Source: an uncultured Ruminococcus sp. (GTDB lineage: Bacteria > Bacillota > Clostridia > Oscillospirales > Ruminococcaceae). Taken from it: a stretch of 64,000 bases of DNA. Position numbers and translations under genes: made by a program. The stretch is taken from assembly GCA_934474025.1 (NCBI GenBank), contig CAKSMF010000003.1, forward strand, positions 110,254 through 174,253. Direction: 5' to 3'. A model generated the notes under the pieces. It was not told the origin of the DNA, made no database searches, and saw only the letters and a list, made by a program, of their open reading frames with translations. How positions within the stretch are numbered: the first letter of the stretch is position 1; every line of letters starts with the position of its first letter. Shown here in pieces: positions 58,985-64,000 of this stretch.

Positions 58985-59491
58985 ATGGAATATCAGATTT
59001 ATCTTTATGAGGAACAAAAGCAATATCTTATAAAATATATCAAAGATAAAAGATTTATGAATTTAATGATATTATGGTTTTCGGGAATGTCAATATTTAT
59101 ACTTGTAAGTTTATTGTTATTTGAAGCCAAATATTGTAATTTTACAGAAGAGACGCAGATAATCAGTGAATTAGATGCAAATGTTATATATTATCTTGTT
59201 ATTGGAGTTATTATATTTATATTAGAATTTATAAAGGGATACGGAAAAAATTTCGGTCATAATTGTGATATTAAATGTATAGAGAATGACTTATATACAC
59301 TGGATTACAGAAATTTCGGCTATCGTGAAAAAGATACCGGACATCACCCATATTATATTTGTGATAATTTGGGTGGTACTTACATATGTCCGAGATTCCT
59401 CGATTACCGAAACGCCGATAGCGACAGCAAGTTTTTATATATAAAGCTTGAAAATGGAAGAGGTTATGCTATAGGTGAAAATCTTCCATAA
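58985..59491 (+). CDS. hypothetical membrane protein with Cys/His-rich C-terminal domain
   Basis: two TM helices, then a CDIKC...H..HHPYYICD...CPRF cysteine-rich region; 5 bp after smpB. Confidence 0.35.
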   Translation: MEYQIYLYEEQKQYLIKYIKDKRFMNLMILWFSGMSIFILVSLLLFEAKYCNFTEETQIISELDANVIYYLVIGVIIFILEFIKGYGKNFGHNCDIKCIENDLYTLDYRNFGYREKDTGHHPYYICDNLGGTYICPRFLDYRNADSDSKFLYIKLENGRGYAIGENLP

Positions 59492-59501
59492 TTATCCATA
59501 C

Positions 59502-59530
59502 TTGACAAAATCCGACATATAATGTATAAT
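59502..59530 (+). promoter_or_regulatory. consensus sigma-A promoter with extended -10 (TTGACA-17-TGTATAAT)
   Basis: -35 TTGACA at 59502-59507, 17-nt spacer ending in TG, -10 TATAAT at 59525-59530; AAAGGAG RBS before ATG 59557. Confidence 0.55.
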
Positions 59531-59556
59531 TAGTTATACTAAAAAGGAGATTTTTT

Positions 59557-60069
59557 ATGAACGGAAATTGTCATTTTATATTTGGTGCAACATTGGGTAC
59601 AGCTTTTGCAATGAATCTGGATAAACTTGAACCAATTTTTCCACAAATCACTAATTCACCGGAAACAGCTACATTATTTGTGCTTGGCGGTCTGATAGGA
59701 GGAATTTTTCCCGATATAGATAATCCTGTAAGCTATATTGGAAAACTTACTGTTCCTGTAAGTTCAGTAATAGGAAAATGCGGTGAATTTGCCGGAAAAA
59801 CAGGTCCTATGCATCGTGGTATACTTCATGAACCGCTTGTATATATTATTGGACTTATATTGTCATATATGTTTTGTCCGTCATTGGTGGGATTGTTTTT
59901 AGGGTGCGTATCCCATTTGTATCTTGATATGTTTACTCCTGCCGGAATACCTGTATTATTCGGTGCAAAACATTTACGTCTTGCAAAAATTAAAAGCGGA
60001 AGCCGGCAAAGTGTTATTTTCACGTGGCTTAACGTCTTTGTAGTGTTGCTTCTTGGAATAATGTTATAG
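59557..60069 (+). CDS. membrane-bound metal-dependent hydrolase family protein (DUF457/YdjM-like)
   Basis: N-terminal HFIFGA and internal H/D-containing TM segments (PDIDNP, HRGILHEP, HLYLD) typical of the YdjM/DUF457 family. Confidence 0.5.
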   Translation: MNGNCHFIFGATLGTAFAMNLDKLEPIFPQITNSPETATLFVLGGLIGGIFPDIDNPVSYIGKLTVPVSSVIGKCGEFAGKTGPMHRGILHEPLVYIIGLILSYMFCPSLVGLFLGCVSHLYLDMFTPAGIPVLFGAKHLRLAKIKSGSRQSVIFTWLNVFVVLLLGIML

Positions 60070-60083
60070 TTTTTATAAGTGAA

Positions 60084-60124
60084 AAGTCGGATAAACTATT
60101 TTTTAGTTATCCGACCTTTTTTAT
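60084..60124. terminator. bidirectional rho-independent terminator
   Basis: GTCGGATAAACT / AGTTATCCGAC hairpin followed by CTTTTTT; A-rich tract on the other side. Confidence 0.5.
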
Positions 60125-60332
60125 ATTTCTGAACAGTCAATTTCTGGGAATGGTTTAAATGGTTCAGGATTTTCACGGTGACTAGCTATTATTTTTTCAA
60201 GCCAAGCCATATTGTACCATCTTCCGAATTTGTATCCGCACTTGTGAAATTCTCCGATAAATTTATAACCCATATATTCGTCATTGTTTTTGGAACTGCT
60301 ATATAGGCATTAATATTGAAGATATTTTTTAA
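60107..60332 (-). pseudogene. degenerate tandem copy of the 3' end of the downstream GNAT gene (about 226 bp, about 90% identical, with an internal deletion of about 33 bp)
   Basis: 60107-60332 aligns to 60333-60595 (TTATCCGACCTTTTTTATATTTCTGAACAGTCAATTTCTGGG... versus TTATCCAACTTTTTTATATTTCTGAACAG...), including the GNAT stop codon and C-terminal codons. Confidence 0.7.
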
Positions 60333-60345
60333 TTATCCAACTTTT

Positions 60346-60927
60346 TTATATTTCTGAACAGTCAATTTCTGGGAATGGTTTAAATGGTTCAGGATTTTCA
60401 CGGTGACTAGCTATTATTTTTTCAAGCCAAGCCATATTGTACCATCTTCCGAATTTGTATCCGCACTTGTGAAATTCTCCGATAAATTTATAACCAATAT
60501 GTTCATGGAACGATATGCTGTTTCTTGTAAGGTATTCGTCATTTGTTTCTGGAACTGCTATACAGGCATTAAGATTGAAGACATTTTGTTTTATAGATAT
60601 TTTTTCTATAATATTATATAATTGTTTTCCGATACCAGATTTAGTAAAGTCTTTATCTACATAAATTGAGACTTCCACTGAATGTCTGTATGCTTCCCTG
60701 CCTACGAATCTTCCAGTATATGCATATCCGATAATATGATTGTTTTTTTCTGCCACTATATATGGATATTCTTTTAAAGTATTTTCAATGCGTTGTTTGA
60801 ATTCTGAAATTTCAGGCACTGTATATTCAAAGGTTATTGCGGTATTCTCCACATAAGGTGCATAAACTGCAAGTATATTTTCAGCATCTTCCGGAGTTGC
60901 AATTCTGATTTTTACATTTTCAATCAT
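60346..60927 (-). CDS. GNAT family N-acetyltransferase
   Basis: acetyl-CoA-binding motif (Q/R-x-x-G-x-G/A) reads KSGIGKQLY; 193 aa from the internal ATG (MIENVKIRIATPEDA); start overlaps the Tpt1 stop. Confidence 0.8.
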   Translation of the reverse strand: MIENVKIRIATPEDAENILAVYAPYVENTAITFEYTVPEISEFKQRIENTLKEYPYIVAEKNNHIIGYAYTGRFVGREAYRHSVEVSIYVDKDFTKSGIGKQLYNIIEKISIKQNVFNLNACIAVPETNDEYLTRNSISFHEHIGYKFIGEFHKCGYKFGRWYNMAWLEKIIASHRENPEPFKPFPEIDCSEI

Positions 60928-61472
60928 TTCTGAACCTCCATAAAATCTGTTGGCACATATTTTACAAGCCATACTCCATTTTCCGAAAGATAAAATTTAT
61001 ATCCCTGCGTATACATTTCACCGGATTTTATTTTATATATTACAGGTTTTCCGTGACGTTTTCCAACTGTTTCGGCAGTCTGAAAATCTTTTGACAAATG
61101 CACATACAATCTGCTTTGAGGTTTAAGACCTTCGGAATTTATTCTGTCAACGTATTTTTCACCTGTTCCATGCCATAAAATTTCAGGAGGCTGAGTTTCT
61201 TTTAATTCAACATCTACATTAATTGAATGCCCTTGATTTGCACGGATTTTTTTCTTGTCATCGCTGAATTTGTATCGTTGTTTATTATCAGTTTTGACTA
61301 TTTCTTCAAGCATATCAATATCAATTGAAAACTTGCCGTTTTTGTTTATTCCTTCTATAAGTTCATCAACATCAGCCCAGCCGTTTTTATCAAGAGTTAT
61401 TCCGATAACCTGTGGTTTATGTCTTAGAATAAGCGAAAGGAATTTACTTGCATTTTTTAAATTATCTGACAT
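60924..61472 (-). CDS. kptA: RNA 2'-phosphotransferase Tpt1/KptA
   Basis: KFLSLILRHKP...GWADVDEL and ILWHGTG...HLS motifs of the Tpt1 family; start set at MSDNLKN with a GGAGG RBS. Confidence 0.85.
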   Translation of the reverse strand: MSDNLKNASKFLSLILRHKPQVIGITLDKNGWADVDELIEGINKNGKFSIDIDMLEEIVKTDNKQRYKFSDDKKKIRANQGHSINVDVELKETQPPEILWHGTGEKYVDRINSEGLKPQSRLYVHLSKDFQTAETVGKRHGKPVIYKIKSGEMYTQGYKFYLSENGVWLVKYVPTDFMEVQK

Positions 61473-61494
61473 TATTTTTACCTCCCTGTAGATT

Positions 61495-62208
61495 TTATAA
61501 TACAACAATGGGTCTTGAAAATTTTAATTTTTCGGACGTTCTCAGAATATAGTCCGTAAGATTATACCAGCTCTGACATTTATCAAGTATTATTGCATCT
61601 GCTGTAATAACATGACTTTTCTTTTCAAGAATAGGGTCAACAGCATTTTCTATAAAAGCTTCAACTTCAAAACTTTTTCCGGAAAGCGTTTCAATAATTT
61701 TCTGTTTAAGTCTTCCGGAATTTGAAACGGGACTATCCAGATAAAATACAGCTTTTTTGATTTTAAGGTTTTCAAAAGCATCTGCTAATGCCTGTAATGC
61801 CATATTAGTTTTGTCTATGAGTCTGTATGAACCTCTTAATCCGGCAAGGTCACGTATTGTTCCGTCCATACAGCGAAAAATTGTCGAATCAGAAAAAGCT
61901 GTTTCAAGAGTGATTATTATATTGAAACCGTCTATGTATAAAGTTTGTCCGGCTATTTCTTCAGTGGAAAGTTCCTTGTATTTTCTTATCCATATATTTA
62001 TTTCAGGAGAAACTATTCTTGATAAGGCAATTCGTTGACGTTCTGATAACTGATAGTGATTTCCGACAAATGTTACAACATTTCTTATAGGATAACTTCT
62101 GCTTAACAGAAAATATATTTCTTCACCGGCACGCCTTAGTTTGTCAATACTGTCCATTCCGAAATCTTTATAATCAGTTGATACAAATCCTCTTTTAACT
62201 TCACTCAT
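61495..62208 (-). CDS. DUF434-like N-terminal domain plus NYN/PIN-like domain protein (hypothetical, putative RNA nuclease)
   Basis: central LYIDGFNIIITLE resembles the DG-x-N core of NYN/YacP-like nucleases; 237 aa; translationally coupled to both neighbours. Confidence 0.45.
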   Translation of the reverse strand: MSEVKRGFVSTDYKDFGMDSIDKLRRAGEEIYFLLSRSYPIRNVVTFVGNHYQLSERQRIALSRIVSPEINIWIRKYKELSTEEIAGQTLYIDGFNIIITLETAFSDSTIFRCMDGTIRDLAGLRGSYRLIDKTNMALQALADAFENLKIKKAVFYLDSPVSNSGRLKQKIIETLSGKSFEVEAFIENAVDPILEKKSHVITADAIILDKCQSWYNLTDYILRTSEKLKFSRPIVVL

Positions 62209-62668
62209 AAGTAAATCCTCCTATATTGATAACAGGACAATGATTTTTAGCATATTGTATAGTTTTGTATGCACCGCCGTTTTTGTGCTGAATACAACAT
62301 ACAACAAGGTCTGAACGGTCAACCATATTTCTGTTTCGTATTTCAAAAGCTTTTTTAAAGTATGCTTTCGAGGATTCATCACATATTTCCACTTCATTGT
62401 AAAACATAAGATAATTTTCTTTGTGGTCACGGTAGCCGGCTTTCATGTATGGAAGAACAAGTACAGTATAGCTATTATAATGTCCATAGGTAACACGGCT
62501 TATTACAGAGGACACAAGCCAGTCGAATTCACCATCATTTCCGAAAAGAAACTTTACGTAAACTTTATTTTCTATGAGATTTTTTATAATTTCGGTCAAT
62601 CTTTTTTCAATTGTGGAAATATTTTCAATCATTCTGTGTCCGAAAAAGCTTACTGTATAAACATTCAT
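62201..62668 (-). CDS. SLOG superfamily protein, YpsA/DUF1273-like (predicted nucleotide/ADP-ribose-binding Rossmann-like fold)
   Basis: block-wise similarity to B. subtilis YpsA: N-terminal TVSFFGHR, FLFGNDGEFDWLVSSVI, LVLPY, and C-terminal DRSDLVVCC...GGAYKTIQYAKNH..VINIG. Confidence 0.5.
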   Translation of the reverse strand: MNVYTVSFFGHRMIENISTIEKRLTEIIKNLIENKVYVKFLFGNDGEFDWLVSSVISRVTYGHYNSYTVLVLPYMKAGYRDHKENYLMFYNEVEICDESSKAYFKKAFEIRNRNMVDRSDLVVCCIQHKNGGAYKTIQYAKNHCPVINIGGFTYE

Positions 62669-62736
62669 AATGTTACCGCCTTTTTATATGATTAATAGTA
62701 TTTTATCATATATTTCCTGTAATGTCAAATATTTCA

Positions 62737-62772
62737 ATAAAAAATCGGCTTCATATAGAAACCGATTTTAGA
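62737..62772 (-). terminator. rho-independent terminator downstream of the 62779-63441 gene
   Basis: AATCGG...CCGATT stem with a T-run on the minus strand. Confidence 0.4.
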
Positions 62773-62778
62773 AAAATA

Positions 62779-63441
62779 TTATTTATTTTTTCTGTTTGCC
62801 ATTTTAGGATCATAATCCCATGCTGATTGAATAACAGATTGCATACAGTTTGCAGAATACCATTTTTTGCCGATTTTTACACTGAGTAATAAATAATCTT
62901 CTGTTTGTTTTTCGCCATCTTCATCTTTATAAGTAATTTCTGCTATGGAAAGAACAGCGTCATCATGTATAGTTCCGTGATATATACTATTTATACTTGA
63001 AATCATACCCTTTACAACAGCTTCTTCATGCATATCTAAAGGTGCATCTGGAATATTTGAAGTATCTATATCAATATTTTCAATTATTTTTACTTTTTTT
63101 ACATTTTTCACACCGATTTCCTGAAACTTTGAAAATAACTCTTTTGCTTTAATTGCATCTCTAAGCTGTTTTTCGTCTTTTACATTATGGTCATAATAAT
63201 CAATAACATCTTCTGCAAATCCGTCAGGCATAACAGAGATAACTTTTTTAGGATTTTGTTTTTGCAAAAGTTTTATAGCATCTTTATTTACTGATTTACC
63301 ATTATTTCCTGCTGAGAATATGAGTTTTATAATTATCAGCAATACAATGATTATCGCCACTATGGGAATGATTTTTTTAACTTTTTCTTTGATTTTCGGA
63401 CTTGTTGGCAATTTGTCAATAATGTTTGTTTTGTTTAACAT
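62779..63441 (-). CDS. hypothetical membrane-anchored extracytoplasmic protein
   Basis: N-terminal TM (IIPIVAIIIVLLIIIKLIF) followed by a 170-aa soluble domain; no recognised motif. Confidence 0.35.
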   Translation of the reverse strand: MLNKTNIIDKLPTSPKIKEKVKKIIPIVAIIIVLLIIIKLIFSAGNNGKSVNKDAIKLLQKQNPKKVISVMPDGFAEDVIDYYDHNVKDEKQLRDAIKAKELFSKFQEIGVKNVKKVKIIENIDIDTSNIPDAPLDMHEEAVVKGMISSINSIYHGTIHDDAVLSIAEITYKDEDGEKQTEDYLLLSVKIGKKWYSANCMQSVIQSAWDYDPKMANRKNK

Positions 63442-63581
63442 AAAGTTTCCTCCATATATTTTTTTTACAGATTTTGAAGCTTCAAATCTATAATTACATT
63501 ATAACTATTAATGTAGACAAATGTTTGTCCGTTCAAAAAAAATTTACAATAATCTGCTTGAATTTATTTAATATATTTTTC

Positions 63582-63610
63582 TTGACAAATTATAAGAACG
63601 GGTTTATAAT
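63582..63610 (+). promoter_or_regulatory. perfect consensus sigma-A promoter (TTGACA-17-TATAAT)
   Basis: -35 at 63582-63587, 17-nt spacer, -10 at 63605-63610; about 85-nt leader, then AAAGGAG and a GTG/ATG start of the MATE gene. Confidence 0.55.
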
Positions 63611-63697
63611 CATCTATATGAACTTTGTTAAAGAAGTCAACGCTCCTTTCAGGAGTCTTTTTTAACAGCAGAAATTCACGAAAGGAGTATTTTTATT

Positions 63698-64000
63698 GTG
63701 AAAAAAGTTGTATCAAATGAAATGGACATGACAGAAGGTCCTTTGCTTAAAAAGATAATTGTTTATACTATTCCGATTATCCTTACGGGAGTACTTCAAT
63801 TATTATTTAACGCTGCTGATTTGATTGTAGTAGGAAGATTTGGTTCTGATACTTCTGTTGCGGCGGTAGGGGCGACAACTGCTATAATAAACCTTATAAC
63901 CAACTTGTTTATAGGGCTTTCAATCGGAGCGGGTGTAGCAGTAGCACATAGTTTAGGTGCTGGAAAATCCGAAGATGTTCACAAAACAGTACACACTGCC
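63698..64000 (+). CDS. MATE family efflux transporter (5' partial, continues beyond the window)
   Basis: open frame to the window end; LLKKIIVYTIPIILTGVLQLLFNAADLIVVGRFG is the typical MATE TM1 signature; GTG start at 63698 (or ATG at 63722) after an AAAGGAG RBS. Confidence 0.7.
   Translation, partial: MKKVVSNEMDMTEGPLLKKIIVYTIPIILTGVLQLLFNAADLIVVGRFGSDTSVAAVGATTAIINLITNLFIGLSIGAGVAVAHSLGAGKSEDVHKTVHTA

Noticed and set aside
58368-59560. tmRNA (ssrA) expected near smpB
   Set aside because: No GC-rich tRNA-like 5' GGGG...3' ...TTCGA..CC..ACCA element is visible. The region is AT-rich and occupied by a plausible ORF.
1-64000. CRISPR arrays or other long periodic repeats
   Set aside because: No regularly spaced direct repeats with unique spacers were observed. 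The only direct repeat found is the two-copy duplication at 60107-60595.

Overview
This is a low-GC Firmicutes (Clostridia-like) chromosomal segment dominated by cell-envelope and cell-division genes. The left part carries mreB, dut, a U32 peptidase, zapA, lexA fused to murC, spoVG, a NUDIX hydrolase, a YfhO membrane protein, a cysteine desulfurase and thiI. Two tandem class B sortase paralogs and a SpoIID/LytB-domain secreted protein follow. Next is a compact dcw cluster: rsmH, ftsL, a SpoVD/FtsI-type PBP, murE, mraY, ftsW, murG, murA, ftsQ/divIB and ftsZ. No mraZ, murD, murF or ftsA is visible in it. Downstream lie a DivIVA-domain coiled-coil protein, a zinc-ribbon/DUF1858 pair, a TrmK-Nif3 fusion, rlmA, rqcH, mpg, AraC, a fused Wzz/BY-kinase with a CpsB phosphatase, a GH25 lysozyme, a CPC-type P-type ATPase and an ECF sigma with an anti-sigma candidate. 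These are followed by a ThrE exporter, an LMW-PTP, a PAS-degenerate GGDEF-EAL protein, a Wzx flippase, a HAD-VanW fusion, tRNA-Ser(CGA), a beta-CASP RNase, an LTD-CotH protein and smpB. The right end holds a tightly coupled minus-strand operon: YpsA-like SLOG, DUF434/NYN-like, Tpt1/KptA RNA 2'-phosphotransferase and a GNAT acetyltransferase. A roughly 226-bp partial tandem duplication of the GNAT 3' end lies just downstream of that operon. I found no CRISPR array, IS element or prophage genes. The most interesting candidate is the SLOG-NYN-Tpt1-GNAT cassette, which looks like an uncharacterised NAD/ADP-ribose-linked RNA-processing or conflict module. All calls rest on motif recognition by eye; no database search was run.
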